A stretch of 64,000 nucleotides of DNA from a virus. The translations under genes were made by a program, and so were the position numbers. Below are positions 1 through 11,422 of this stretch, piece after piece. The notes beneath the pieces are model-generated. The model saw only the letters and a list, made by a program, of their open reading frames with translations. It searched no databases and had not been told where the DNA came from. Position 1 is the stretch's first letter. Each line of letters opens with the position of its first letter. The stretch covers positions 123,936 to 187,935 of the IMG/VR virus record IMGVR_UViG_3300047560_001714, one strand, 5' to 3'.

Positions 1-3000
1 ATCACTTACGATCTTGTTCTTGGTTCAAACTTTAGAACCGTTAGAGCTGCAACATCATATTTGCGTTCATATTCAAGTGTTGTACCAAGTTCGCAAAAAA
101 TACAAACAATCGCCGGGGTTAATAAAACTAGAGATTTAGCAAATGCGTTAATAACCAGCAATACTTCTGCACAAGCGACTATTAAAGCATTGTCAGCAAT
201 CGTAACAGGGGTAATATTTGATGGTATTACTTATGCACCATCTTTAGTATATGCAAATCCAGTAGGTATTTCTGATACATCAAATATCGCAAAAGCAAAA
301 AATATTTTAATTGCAAATAGAGCATTTATACAAAATGAAATTACCGCGTACATCTCGGCCACCTATTCAATCAAATTAATCAATAGATATAACGTATTGA
401 CATGTCAACGTGACGTTGGCTTGGTCGTTGATGCTATGGTTTATGATTTATTTTATGGTGGAAATAGTCAAACCAGAGATGCTGGTGAAGCATATTATGC
501 TTCTGGTGTTAGTAGTATTTTTGGTGAAGAAACGTACACTGTTGCTGCATATGGGCGATTAAAAACCGTTATACAACAAATTGTTGCTGGTACCACCGTA
601 ACAAAAACATATGGAAATACCGAAACACAAGTTACAACAAACGCACCGTCTAGTATTACATATACAGCAACAGCGACAACTAGTGCAATTACCGCAATTG
701 GTACTAAAATCATTACATGTACTAGTGTACCATCTAATATTGGGATAGGTTCACCGATTAGTGGTACAAATATACCATCTAATAGCTATGTAATTGGTTT
801 TACCGATACGACTATAACCATTTCTAATAATGTTACGACAGCGGTTGCATCAGGTGTAACATTAACGATCAATGGGTCTTTTGCAACGACATTGGCGTCA
901 TTGAGTGATATATTAATCGATTATGTGGCAAATGGTGCATATGATACGACCAGTTATATACTATCACAACCAATTGTTACCGGTCAAAGCAGTGGTTTAA
1001 TAACCGCACAATCAACTATCCTTGCAGGCAAAGCTGGTATTCAAACAAGTGTAATTGATTTCTTAAATAAAGGCGGTGGTGTATCGATTAACATAGAAAT
1101 GGGTGGTAATAAATCTATGTTAGCTAACGATTTTGCTATGGTCAATGACTTAGGCTATGCAATTTTAGCAACAAATGGTGGATTATCCGAACAGGTTTCG
1201 ACATTCTCGTATTATTGTCACACCCATTACTGGGCAAACAACGGTGGACAAATTAGATCGGTTGGTGGATCAAACGCACACGGTTCTTATGGGTTGCGTT
1301 CATCTGGCTATGACGTTACTGAGTTACCAGATTCGGTTACATTAGCAAATAATTTACTACAGACCGCTAAAATATATAAACAAGGGTCAACCGCCACATA
1401 TATGGTTGTTAACACTGACAAAACCCAAGTGGTATCGATCTGGATATACGGATATGAATATACTCCGACTAATTTATGTGAAATTGAAATAGATCATTCA
1501 TTATATGGTGGTCCTATTGCTAGATATGGGGTTTCAACAATTGAGCATACCAATATTACTATTAATGGCCAAAATGTTCTTAAAGTAAACTTTTCGTCAA
1601 CTGGTATGGATGGTACAACTGTTACTGGGTTAGCAACTGACTTATATAATGGGCAATTGGTAACTATTATTTCATTCCAAAGTGTTAAATGTTACAATAT
1701 TGATAACGTTAGACCGACTCGTCCGTCAACCGCATTGCAATATACAGATAATCTTGGAAGTATTTACCGTGTTATTTCTTATAATTTAACAGAATCAACC
1801 GGTGAAACCCTTCCAGCAAATATTGCTATTTTACAAACAGATGCTGGATTTAACTATTACCAATTACTTACCGATACATCAAGTTTAACAGTTGTTGACC
1901 CAAATGATCCCTCAAAAACACAAGGTTCAAAAGTTGGTGACACTAAAATTGCGATAGTTGCAATTTCACAAAAAGCAATTATCGACCAAATTAACAAAGG
2001 TACATATATTACCGCGTGGAGTGGAAGAATCCATAAGATATCTAGCTACACTTTACCACAAGTTATTGCAACCGGTACTTACTATAGTTGGAATAGTACA
2101 ACTAAGGTTTTAGTTGTATCATCTGTGTATGGGGTAATAGAGGTCAATGATATCGTGGTTGGTTCTGGCATTACCGGCAACCCAACTGTTGTAAGCTCAA
2201 CTTATGACTCTGAAACTCTTAGAACATCTGTTACCTTATCAACCGCATCAGGAATAACAACACCAAGTGGTTCTATTACGTTTGGTATATCCGCAAATGC
2301 ATATATTTCAATTGAATCCACACCAATCGCAAATAATTCTGCCGATGGAACTGTTATATCAGCACTTACACACAAAAGTACAGCAACACAATTAAATAGT
2401 TTGACCGCAAAAACGGTTACTTTTGATATACCATACAGTCAATACAACGTTGTACCAGCAATTGACAGTTATGTTACAATTGCTAATAATGCAACGACCG
2501 CATTTAATGGAACTTATCAAGTTATCGGTAATATTAGTCAAACTGAAATAGCGGTATCCTCTGTTTCAACACTAGCCGTTGGTATGGTTATATTACCACC
2601 GTCTATTAGTGGGGTTACCGCAAGTGGAAACGGGACCTCTATAACCTTTACCTTTGCATCACAAGCATCAATGCCATTTGTTGTTGGCGGTTCAATTAAA
2701 GTTGCAGGTATTATTCCAACCGCATATAATGGTGTGTATACTATTACTGGTGTTAGCTCAACATACATTACGGTTGCCGGAACCGTTGCTAGCTCAATAA
2801 CACAAACTGGTATTATATCTGCACACGATGGGTATATTCCTGATAGTTGTATTATTCAATCAATTAATAGCTCAACTAACTCTTTTGTGGTTAGTCCAGC
2901 GTGCTGGGTGCCATCGAATACGGTGATCAATGCTATTTTATTAGCAACACTAAAAGATATTACTATCGTAAATGGTGGTTCAAATTATTCTTCCACTATT

Positions 3001-6000
3001 CCACCAACTATTTCTATAACAGGTGGTGGTGCGTTAGTTAATGCCCAAGCAACCTGTGTGGTAATTGATGGAACTATTTCAAAAATTGTTATAATTAGCA
3101 CAGGGTATGGTTATACCAGCGTACCTGCGGTGGCGGTGGCTGGTAATGCTATCCTAACCGCTAGTATAACAAATACCACGTCAACGACCTTAACCGCTAA
3201 TAGTGGTATTAATACCACCGCCATTGCATTAAGTTATGCGAGTGACCCAGGTACATTTACACTTGGAAGTGGTGCAAACGTACTTACATTATCGGCGGCT
3301 AGTACGGTAACAACTGCTAATCCAGATGTGCCGGAATATCCATATTACGATGTTACATTTACCACCACTGGAACCGCACAAACTGTCGGTAACTACTTCA
3401 GAATAACTGGTAATAATAATGCATTATACAATGGATTCTGGAAATGTACTGCAAGTGCAGCAAACTCGTTGACATTACGCATGCCATTAGATCCAGGTAA
3501 GGCTGGTACAGCCACAGAAACCACAAATGCAACCGCATCTATGGCTACTTCTAGCATTGCTGGTACAACCTTAACCATCGGTGGTGCTGTCACAGGCACG
3601 GTGGCTATTGGTATGTACTTAACAGGTGGTACTATCCCATCTGGAACTTATATTACTAGCGGTTCTGGCACAACATGGACTATTAACCAAAGTGTTACAC
3701 AAGCATCAACAACGATAACTGGAACTAACAATCTAATTACGTTGGGGTCATCAAATGGTCTTTCGGTTGGTGATCAAATTATATTTACTGGAACATCATT
3801 TGGTGGTATAACAGCGTCAACCGTATATTATATCAGTGAGGTGGTATCATCAACACAGATATCTATAACAACTAGTTCTACCACACCAGCAGCAAGTGCA
3901 AATGTCACATTAACAACAGCCACTGGAATTATGTCATTCTATACCAATAAAGCAAATTTTGGTCATACCTATACGGTATCGTCATTTGCTAGTAAAACTG
4001 GTACAGGACCATACTTAGTTACGTTAAATATTCCAACTGTGGTTACACCAATATTAGTTGGAAGTAAATGGATAGTTGCTGGTAACGCTACCACAGCATA
4101 CAACGGAACTTACACCGTAACCGCAAGTACAACTAGTACAGTTCAGTTGAGTTATTCTAGTGATCCCGGTACCTATGGTGCTGGTACAACCACTATTATT
4201 AACACTTCGGTTGCAACACTTGAGATAACCGGTGCGACAAGTAATGGAATCGGTATCAGTAAACCATTCTCCACCGCGACACAAGCAACTTTACGTGCTG
4301 GATATGCTGCAAATGTTACCGCGCAAATTACAACTCGAATCAGTACATGTCGTGCAACATCGCACGATTTCTTAGATATTGGTACTGGTGGATACAGTAC
4401 ATCGAACTATCCATATCAAATTTACGGAAACCCAGCGCAATCAAAAGATCAATCAAAAGAGATTAAAGAAGATGGTGTTGGGCGTGTGTTTTATGTTAGT
4501 ACTGACCAAGATGGTATTTTCCGAGTTGGTCGATTCTTTACTGTTGACCAAGGAACTGGTTCTGTAACATTTAGTTCTAACTTTGCGTTATCAAATATTG
4601 ATGGGTTAGGATTTAAAACTGGCGCCGTTGTTCGTGAATTCTCAACCGATAGTACAATGACAACGAACGCATCTGATGTTATACCAGTTCAAAGTGCTAT
4701 TCGTGGATATATTGACAAACGCCTTGGTATAGATCACGGTGGTAATCCATTAGTTGCTAGGGATTTGGTCGGTCCAGGCTACCTACCATTAACTGGTATT
4801 ATTGCAATGAAAGGTACCTTATTAATGGGTGGGAACTCGATTACTAACTTACCATTACCATCATTGTCTGGTGATGCTGCCAATAAAGCATATGTCGATT
4901 CATTAAATTTATTAAGTAAACTTGGTGACGTTGACACTCTTACAAACGCACCTTCAAATGGCCAATTTTTTGTATTTGATGGAACCACCTCAAAATGGAA
5001 AAATTCATCTATATCTGGAAATGTAGCTATAACATATTCTGGTGGTGTGCTTAGTACAGCAATCAATACTGGTGTTATTACTGATTCAATGATTAATAGT
5101 AATGCGGCGATTGCACAAAGTAAACTAAGTTTAAATGCCGCGACAACACGAGTAAGTGCAGCTGGAATTGCCCAATCTGACCGTGGATTAGCAAGTTTCA
5201 ACAATACCCAATTTACAGCAACCAATGGATGGATCGAGTTACAATCCGCAACATCGGCCGCAACCGGTGTTACTTATAGTAAAATACAGTATATGAGTAA
5301 TGGTACCGTATTGGGTAACAATACTGGTGCAGCTGCAGTACCACGCGAAATAACATTTGGTGATGTTGTAACAAACGGTAATGGATTGAAAAATACATCA
5401 TTTGCGTTCTCAGGTATTGTATCAGTGACTTATGATGGGTCAAATACCGCAAATAACACATACACCTCTCAGGCTGTTACAACCATCGGGGCTAGTGATA
5501 GTTTGGTAAAAACTGACAATGCTGGAAAAATTGATGTTACCGCATTGAAAATCGATGGAAAGTTGATTATTGATACAACCGCGTCACCAGCTAGTGTTGA
5601 TTTCTACACACCAAACACATATAAATTTATGTCATCCACTGGTACAACGTCATCGGACACAGTTACAACCACCTTTGGTACATTGGATACTGGTACTGGA
5701 ACATTAAAAACCACGACCATCACATCTGGATTGACAAACTTAGTTCAAAACCAAGGTACCATTACCGGTAATTGGCGTATGACGTCTGGTAGTATATTAG
5801 ATTTAAATACCAATTCTACCACATTAAAAGCCTATAACATTACGACAGATGGTACTGATACTGGTGCTGGCACAATTCAAGGGGCTTGGACCTTAACTGG
5901 TGCTAGTAAGTTACAAGCGACTTATGCTGATTTGGCCGAATTCTATGAAGGTGACAAAGAATATGAACCAGGTACCGTGCTTGTATTTGGCGGTGATAAA

Positions 6001-6300
6001 GAAGTCACGATCTCAACATCGGTAAACGATACCGCGTTGGCTGGTGTCGTGACAACAAATCCAGCATACATTATGAATGCAGAACAAGCTGGTAACAGAA
6101 ACTGTATTGCATTGATAGGTAGAACACCTTGCAAAGTCATTGGTAGAATTAAAAAAGGTGAATTACTAACAACATCTAATACACCAGGATATGCGGTTAA
6201 AGCATTAAATCCAACATTGGGTGCTATTATTGGTAAAGCATTGGAAAACAAAGACTACGGTGAAGCCGGTGTAATTGAAATTGCCGTAGGGAGAGCATAA
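1..6300 (+). CDS. Very large tail fibre/virion structural protein, 5'-partial; C-terminal intramolecular-chaperone-like domain
   Basis: Frame is open from base 1 (ITYDLVLGSNF...). S/T/G-rich beta repeats with several A(Y/F)NG(T/V)Y modules. C-terminus YADLAEFYEGDKEYEPGTVLVFGG...IIGKAL is typical of phage tail IMC-like domains. Confidence 0.8.
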   Translation: MTYDLVLGSNFRTVRAATSYLRSYSSVVPSSQKIQTIAGVNKTRDLANALITSNTSAQATIKALSAIVTGVIFDGITYAPSLVYANPVGISDTSNIAKAKNILIANRAFIQNEITAYISATYSIKLINRYNVLTCQRDVGLVVDAMVYDLFYGGNSQTRDAGEAYYASGVSSIFGEETYTVAAYGRLKTVIQQIVAGTTVTKTYGNTETQVTTNAPSSITYTATATTSAITAIGTKIITCTSVPSNIGIGSPISGTNIPSNSYVIGFTDTTITISNNVTTAVASGVTLTINGSFATTLASLSDILIDYVANGAYDTTSYILSQPIVTGQSSGLITAQSTILAGKAGIQTSVIDFLNKGGGVSINIEMGGNKSMLANDFAMVNDLGYAILATNGGLSEQVSTFSYYCHTHYWANNGGQIRSVGGSNAHGSYGLRSSGYDVTELPDSVTLANNLLQTAKIYKQGSTATYMVVNTDKTQVVSIWIYGYEYTPTNLCEIEIDHSLYGGPIARYGVSTIEHTNITINGQNVLKVNFSSTGMDGTTVTGLATDLYNGQLVTIISFQSVKCYNIDNVRPTRPSTALQYTDNLGSIYRVISYNLTESTGETLPANIAILQTDAGFNYYQLLTDTSSLTVVDPNDPSKTQGSKVGDTKIAIVAISQKAIIDQINKGTYITAWSGRIHKISSYTLPQVIATGTYYSWNSTTKVLVVSSVYGVIEVNDIVVGSGITGNPTVVSSTYDSETLRTSVTLSTASGITTPSGSITFGISANAYISIESTPIANNSADGTVISALTHKSTATQLNSLTAKTVTFDIPYSQYNVVPAIDSYVTIANNATTAFNGTYQVIGNISQTEIAVSSVSTLAVGMVILPPSISGVTASGNGTSITFTFASQASMPFVVGGSIKVAGIIPTAYNGVYTITGVSSTYITVAGTVASSITQTGIISAHDGYIPDSCIIQSINSSTNSFVVSPACWVPSNTVINAILLATLKDITIVNGGSNYSSTIPPTISITGGGALVNAQATCVVIDGTISKIVIISTGYGYTSVPAVAVAGNAILTASITNTTSTTLTANSGINTTAIALSYASDPGTFTLGSGANVLTLSAASTVTTANPDVPEYPYYDVTFTTTGTAQTVGNYFRITGNNNALYNGFWKCTASAANSLTLRMPLDPGKAGTATETTNATASMATSSIAGTTLTIGGAVTGTVAIGMYLTGGTIPSGTYITSGSGTTWTINQSVTQASTTITGTNNLITLGSSNGLSVGDQIIFTGTSFGGITASTVYYISEVVSSTQISITTSSTTPAASANVTLTTATGIMSFYTNKANFGHTYTVSSFASKTGTGPYLVTLNIPTVVTPILVGSKWIVAGNATTAYNGTYTVTASTTSTVQLSYSSDPGTYGAGTTTIINTSVATLEITGATSNGIGISKPFSTATQATLRAGYAANVTAQITTRISTCRATSHDFLDIGTGGYSTSNYPYQIYGNPAQSKDQSKEIKEDGVGRVFYVSTDQDGIFRVGRFFTVDQGTGSVTFSSNFALSNIDGLGFKTGAVVREFSTDSTMTTNASDVIPVQSAIRGYIDKRLGIDHGGNPLVARDLVGPGYLPLTGIIAMKGTLLMGGNSITNLPLPSLSGDAANKAYVDSLNLLSKLGDVDTLTNAPSNGQFFVFDGTTSKWKNSSISGNVAITYSGGVLSTAINTGVITDSMINSNAAIAQSKLSLNAATTRVSAAGIAQSDRGLASFNNTQFTATNGWIELQSATSAATGVTYSKIQYMSNGTVLGNNTGAAAVPREITFGDVVTNGNGLKNTSFAFSGIVSVTYDGSNTANNTYTSQAVTTIGASDSLVKTDNAGKIDVTALKIDGKLIIDTTASPASVDFYTPNTYKFMSSTGTTSSDTVTTTFGTLDTGTGTLKTTTITSGLTNLVQNQGTITGNWRMTSGSILDLNTNSTTLKAYNITTDGTDTGAGTIQGAWTLTGASKLQATYADLAEFYEGDKEYEPGTVLVFGGDKEVTISTSVNDTALAGVVTTNPAYIMNAEQAGNRNCIALIGRTPCKVIGRIKKGELLTTSNTPGYAVKALNPTLGAIIGKALENKDYGEAGVIEIAVGRA

Positions 6301-7142
6301 TGGCACGTCAAATAATTAATATTGGAACAACAGTAAATGATCGCAGCGGTGACCCGCTGCGAACAGCATTTGATAAAGCAAATCATAATTTTACAGAACT
6401 TTATAGCGCGGTCGGCGCAGATATTCAAATTCCAGCGCAAACTGGTAATAACGGAAAATACCTTACAACCAACGGTCAAGAACTAACGTGGGCAACGATA
6501 GAACCCCCTAGTTCGACACCATCCAATAGTATAGTGAATGGATCATATACCGTATCCGTTGATACTTTTGGCGTATTAAATGTCCCATTATCTCAGTTTA
6601 ATACCGCTCAAGTATTTGCCCCAACGAATGAAACGTTAATGTTAGGTAACAGTAGCCATTATGTACAAATACGAGGGACAGATGGTGCAATTATGTTCCC
6701 TGATTATTCAGTACAATCCACCGCATATCCTGGAATAGTCAATCGAGCAAACGGAAGTGAAACACTAGCGGTTGGTGTTAATATCTTGTCAGCCGATTTT
6801 TTACGTGTACGACTAGTGGCGGGAATGGGTGACACCTTAAATGTCGAAATTCAATACAATCGGGATATTACCGCATCCGTTATATTGACATCAACAACTG
6901 TTGCTTACGGAGTGGCTGACGAATCTATGAACCTGTGGAACGGTAGTACGGTTCTACAGGCTAACACAACCACATGGTATACCATAAATGCCAATACTCT
7001 TACAACATCCGGTGATATGGTAACTGCAATTTTTGCAGATAGTAGTTATCATAAAATGTATCGAATAACGGTAATAGTAAGACATATACCTAATATAACT
7101 ACGCTCGGTGATGCCTATTGTTCGATAGAAGTCTTAAAATAA
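6300..7142 (+). CDS. Virion protein with T4 gp9/gp10-like baseplate N-terminal domain
   Basis: MARQIINIGTTVNDRSGDPLRTAFDKANHNFTELY resembles the T4 gp10 N-terminus (INIG..DDGTGD.LR...K.N.NF.ELY). Confidence 0.7.
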   Translation: MARQIINIGTTVNDRSGDPLRTAFDKANHNFTELYSAVGADIQIPAQTGNNGKYLTTNGQELTWATIEPPSSTPSNSIVNGSYTVSVDTFGVLNVPLSQFNTAQVFAPTNETLMLGNSSHYVQIRGTDGAIMFPDYSVQSTAYPGIVNRANGSETLAVGVNILSADFLRVRLVAGMGDTLNVEIQYNRDITASVILTSTTVAYGVADESMNLWNGSTVLQANTTTWYTINANTLTTSGDMVTAIFADSSYHKMYRITVIVRHIPNITTLGDAYCSIEVLK

Positions 7143-7159
7143 ATTGAATTACCGCTGAA

Positions 7160-7166
7160 ATAAATA
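7160..7166 (+). promoter_or_regulatory. T4-like late promoter core ATAAATA
   Basis: ATAAATA about 20 nt upstream of ATG 7186; the same motif recurs before other structural genes. Confidence 0.5.
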
Positions 7167-7185
7167 CACCATAGGATATTAAAAT

Positions 7186-7746
7186 ATGACAATTCAAACA
7201 ATAAACTTAGGAAGTTACGCCAACGATGGAACGGGTGATGATTTACGAACAGCATTTCAAAAAGTAAATGCAAATTTTACAGAACTTAGCCATACGGTAA
7301 CTATTGCCAACGCCGAAAATATCGGGAATGGTACTGGACTATTTGCGCAACGTGCTAATGCAAATTTACAATTCAAATCATTGTTATCGGATGATAATAG
7401 TGTTATTATAACCCATTCGGCGGATTGGGTTAATCTTCAATCAGTAACACAGGTTGAGTTAGACACCGCCCCGCTATTAGGGGCAAATCTCGGCCTTAAT
7501 GGACATAATATTTATGGCCCAGGTGACGTTCAAACAACAATATGGGGTGAAGATATGAAACTTTTAAGTTCATTGGTTACCACATTATTATATTCTAATA
7601 CTAACATTCATGTTGATCTTGGGTATATTAATATTCCAACTGGGGCATCATCGTTGAACCCTCGCGGGGTATCTTTGGATTTTGGTGGATTTCTTGGTAA
7701 TCCTAGAAACGATGTTGAATTTGGGTTCTTTGATGCAACCCCATAA
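7186..7746 (+). CDS. Virion protein with gp9/gp10-like N-terminal domain (paralogue of 6300-7142)
   Basis: MTIQTINLGSYANDGTGDDLRTAFQKVNANFTEL. Confidence 0.7.
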   Translation: MTIQTINLGSYANDGTGDDLRTAFQKVNANFTELSHTVTIANAENIGNGTGLFAQRANANLQFKSLLSDDNSVIITHSADWVNLQSVTQVELDTAPLLGANLGLNGHNIYGPGDVQTTIWGEDMKLLSSLVTTLLYSNTNIHVDLGYINIPTGASSLNPRGVSLDFGGFLGNPRNDVEFGFFDATP

Positions 7747-7760
7747 TTACGAGAATATTA

Positions 7761-10091
7761 ATGACTAATATATGGAATATTCGTTCTGGTGAAAATATTG
7801 GAACAATAAATGAACGAACCCCGGTGGATATACGATTGCCAATTTCGTTCGACCAGTTGCCATCCGATTTGACATTCACAGTCATTTCTGGTAGTCTTCC
7901 TGGTGGGTTATACATAAAAAACCAACATATAATTGGTATGGCATATGAGGTGGCAAGAAATACAAACTTTACATTTTGTATAAGAGCATCATCCAGTGCT
8001 GGTATTTCAGATAGAACTATGGTTATAACTATAGCTGGCCCTGACACACCAGAATTTATCACATTGGCTGGGAATCAGATTAGAAATCTCGATATAGGGC
8101 CAAACCACCAATTATTTGTTGTATCTAACACGTATGTCGATTATCAACTAGAGGCATTTGACCCAGATACAGCGGCTGGCCAAAAATTAAGCTATTTTAT
8201 ACCAAGTAAAGACGGTGAATTGCCACCTGGATTATCATTGACAGAAGATGGTCGAATATATGGCATTATAAAACCAGTCTTAACCTTAAAAAAATCTGAT
8301 GGAAACGGTGCATTTGATACTGCCCAATTTGATGATACGCCATACGACTTTGGTATAAGATCATCAAATGGATATGACTCATATTATTATGAATCAAAAT
8401 CTTATGACTTTTCATTACCGGCAGCACGTCCACAATCTCTCAACCGTAACTACGAGTTTTATGTAACAGTTACTGACGGTGATTCATATGTCCGACGCAA
8501 GTTTGCAATATATGTTGTTGGTGATGATTACTTCCGCGCCGATAGTACAAGTTTCATTAATGATACAGGATTCTTTACCGCAGACGTTACATATATGTCT
8601 GCACCAATATGGCTTACAAAATCCAATTTGGGTGAGTTTAGAGCAAATAATTATGTATTAGTTAAGTTAGATACCTATGATGTAAGTCAGGTAATCTATA
8701 GTATAGATAATATTAATCATTTACCACCAGGTATGAAATTTGATCCAATTACCGGTGATATATTTGGTAAAATCCCATATCAACCAGCTATTACCAAAAC
8801 ATATACGTTTACAATCACAGCCACACGGTATGGTAATAAGGATGAAACAGCAGAATCTTCTAGAACATTTAGCATGTCCGTGTTTGGTGAACTGGATAGT
8901 GTGTTATCATGGGTGACTGATAGTAATTTAGGTTCATTGGATGCAAATTCTCCATCTGTATTAAAAGTATCGGCGGTATGTAGTCTACCATCATCAGTAT
9001 TAATTTATCACATTACAAGCGGGTCACTACCACCTGGGTTAACCCTTGATGTAAATGGGGAAATTGTTGGAAATATTCAACAATTTAAAGATGTTTCTAA
9101 AAATATCAATGGTATTCTAGCATTTGATACTAACGATACCACTTTCGATAACAATACAACTATATTTGACCGAGTATTCACATTTACAGTCCAAGTACGT
9201 GACCAATATAGTATAAACACTAACACTAAACAATTCACATTGAGTGTTAATACCCCAGACAAAATTCCATATAGTAATATTAAAGTAATGCCACTGTTGA
9301 AACCTGCGCATCGTGCTATGTGGAAAGATTTTATTAATGACACAACCATCTTTCCACCTGATAGTATTTACCGCACAAATGACCAAACTTTTGGGATTCA
9401 AACCAACATGGAAATGACCATATATGCCGGAATCAATACAACGGATGCCGCCGCATATATTAGTGCAATGGGTTTAAATCATAAAAAGAAAAGATTTAAC
9501 TTCGGTAGTATAAAAAAGGCGTTGGCCAGAGAAACATACACTAGTGATGTGATATATGAAGTAATATACATCGAAATGATAGATCCATATGAACCAAATG
9601 GTAAAAAATTAGCACCAAGTTTATCAAAGTTAGGAAAAATGTCACCACCGATTACTGTTGATGAAAGTGTTGATTTTTGGGATATGCCTTTAAACCAATT
9701 AGATGCATCTCAAAATAGACCACATAATATAATAACGGTTGACAGCACCGGATATAAAAGTTCGAACTCGCAGCCATCAACTTATTATCCAAACAGCATT
9801 TCTAATTGGCGTAAAAGAATTCGTGCGATCGGTTCAACTGATAGAAAATTCTTACCATTATGGATGAGAACAATTCAATCTGAAACAAAACTAGAACTTG
9901 GATTTACTTTAGCGATACCACTCTGTTTTTGTAAACCAGGTACCGCTGATGACATATTATTAAATATAAAACACAGTTCATTTGATTTTAAACAAATTGA
10001 TTACACCATTGACAGATATATAATTGATGCGGTCGATGGATATACCAATGATAAATATTTGGTATTTAGAAACGATAGGATAACAATATGA
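7761..10091 (+). CDS. Virion structural protein with multiple putative Ig (He_PIG-like) domains
   Basis: Repeated GSLP(G/P)GL.L...G.I.G modules ending in FT(F/I)T(V/I) strands; tail-gene context. Confidence 0.7.
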   Translation: MTNIWNIRSGENIGTINERTPVDIRLPISFDQLPSDLTFTVISGSLPGGLYIKNQHIIGMAYEVARNTNFTFCIRASSSAGISDRTMVITIAGPDTPEFITLAGNQIRNLDIGPNHQLFVVSNTYVDYQLEAFDPDTAAGQKLSYFIPSKDGELPPGLSLTEDGRIYGIIKPVLTLKKSDGNGAFDTAQFDDTPYDFGIRSSNGYDSYYYESKSYDFSLPAARPQSLNRNYEFYVTVTDGDSYVRRKFAIYVVGDDYFRADSTSFINDTGFFTADVTYMSAPIWLTKSNLGEFRANNYVLVKLDTYDVSQVIYSIDNINHLPPGMKFDPITGDIFGKIPYQPAITKTYTFTITATRYGNKDETAESSRTFSMSVFGELDSVLSWVTDSNLGSLDANSPSVLKVSAVCSLPSSVLIYHITSGSLPPGLTLDVNGEIVGNIQQFKDVSKNINGILAFDTNDTTFDNNTTIFDRVFTFTVQVRDQYSINTNTKQFTLSVNTPDKIPYSNIKVMPLLKPAHRAMWKDFINDTTIFPPDSIYRTNDQTFGIQTNMEMTIYAGINTTDAAAYISAMGLNHKKKRFNFGSIKKALARETYTSDVIYEVIYIEMIDPYEPNGKKLAPSLSKLGKMSPPITVDESVDFWDMPLNQLDASQNRPHNIITVDSTGYKSSNSQPSTYYPNSISNWRKRIRAIGSTDRKFLPLWMRTIQSETKLELGFTLAIPLCFCKPGTADDILLNIKHSSFDFKQIDYTIDRYIIDAVDGYTNDKYLVFRNDRITI

Positions 10092-10681
10092 GTAATATAA
10101 ATTATGCAGCAATTGATGTCACATACCCGATTGCGGGACAAGACAATAATAGTCAAGGATTTCGTGATAACTTTGCGGCAATTCAGACCGCATTAAGCGA
10201 GGCGGATGCTGCAATAACAAATTTAGAAGCAAAAGCACTGTTAAACACCGATATTGGTGTTGAAAGTACAGACCCAGCTATTAATGATTTACTTGGTAGT
10301 AGTATTACCAATGGTTCATTTAATCAATTTTATAGTGTAATCAATGCTGACACCATTACAACGTCAGTCAAAGATGTTGATTTGAGAAATGGTTCATTCC
10401 AAACATTTACATATACCGCTAACCGTGCGATTAGATTTAACTATTGGCCATCTGAATTATATGCGGTTGTTAGACTTCACTTAATTAATGAATCTGGTGC
10501 TTCCAGAACCCCAACCTTTTCGACTGTTAATAACGGTACTATTCATATGGAGCAATCATTTCCTGAAGATTTTACTGTCCTCGATGCCACACAAGCTGTT
10601 GTTGAAGCATGGAGTTATGACGGCGGGTTAAATGTATACATGCGTTTATTAGGAGTTTTCGATGCACCCGTTAGTGCATAA
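10088..10681 (+). CDS. Probable virion structural protein
   Basis: ATGA overlap with the previous gene; N-terminal QGFRDNF..I coiled segment. Confidence 0.55.
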   Translation: MSNINYAAIDVTYPIAGQDNNSQGFRDNFAAIQTALSEADAAITNLEAKALLNTDIGVESTDPAINDLLGSSITNGSFNQFYSVINADTITTSVKDVDLRNGSFQTFTYTANRAIRFNYWPSELYAVVRLHLINESGASRTPTFSTVNNGTIHMEQSFPEDFTVLDATQAVVEAWSYDGGLNVYMRLLGVFDAPVSA

Positions 10682-10892
10682 CTTAGGGTCATCGACCACC
10701 GCAGAACTTGAGGCCAAAGCTGCGGATTTATCAAAAAAATATTTTATGACGCATAATACTGAGCTAAAATCTCAAATTGTTGCAATACTTGAAACATATA
10801 AAGACGAAATTGCATCACGTAGACAAGCTGAATTTAATGCATTAATGGCTAAAAGCGAAAAAGGACTTGACAAACTCATTAATATCGATTAA
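10662..10892 (+). CDS. Small helical hypothetical protein
   Basis: 76 aa ORF continuing the operon. Confidence 0.55.
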   Translation: MHPLVHNLGSSTTAELEAKAADLSKKYFMTHNTELKSQIVAILETYKDEIASRRQAEFNALMAKSEKGLDKLINID

Positions 10893-10895
10893 AAT
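10867..10895 (+). promoter_or_regulatory. Sigma70-type promoter TTGACA-N17-TAAAAT
   Basis: TTGACA 10867-10872, 17-nt spacer, TAAAAT 10890-10895; predicted +1 falls at or near ATG 10902. Confidence 0.65.
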
Positions 10896-10901
10896 AGATT
10901 A

Positions 10902-11405
10902 ATGAGATTAGATAACTATAATAACCCAATTTTCAGTGAGCATGATGTTTTTAATATCATGTACGAAGGTAATATCAATGTATTAGCTAATATACAAGTT
11001 GATATTACTGATGAACTAACTAAATTGACAGATATTTCAGATATAGATTTTATAACACCAATCGATCCTGCTATATCTGTCAAATCATTAGACAACTCTC
11101 GACAACAAAGATGGTTAATGCCAGATGAATACAATTCATTTGATGTATACAACTATTGTCTTTCCAAATGCAATACTGAACTAGAAAAAACCAGAGTTAC
11201 CGAGGAATTTGAAGCATTTAAATTATATAAAATGGAAAAGGTCCTCCAATGGCTTAAATATTTCGTTGATTCATGTACGGAACATAAGATTTTTTGGGGT
11301 GTCGGTAGAGGGTCTAGTGTATCTAGTTACATTTTATACCTTTTAGGGGTACATAAAATTAATAGCATTAAATACAAGTTAGACTGGCGAGAATTTTTAC
11401 GTTAA
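10902..11405 (+). CDS. Stand-alone DNA polymerase III alpha (DnaE) palm-fragment homologue
   Basis: GVGRGSSVSSYILYLLGVHKINSIKYKLDWREFLR matches DnaE GPGRGSAAGSLVAY.LGIT.IDP.KYDLLFERFL. The ORF stops before the catalytic aspartates. Confidence 0.7.
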   Translation: MRLDNYNNPIFSEHDVFNIMYEGNINVLANIQVDITDELTKLTDISDIDFITPIDPAISVKSLDNSRQQRWLMPDEYNSFDVYNYCLSKCNTELEKTRVTEEFEAFKLYKMEKVLQWLKYFVDSCTEHKIFWGVGRGSSVSSYILYLLGVHKINSIKYKLDWREFLR

Positions 11406-11422
11406 TACAAAAGGAACTTAAT

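Noticed and set aside
10902-11405. Split-intein DnaE half
   Set aside because: There is no intein block at either end, and the protein stops at REFLR.
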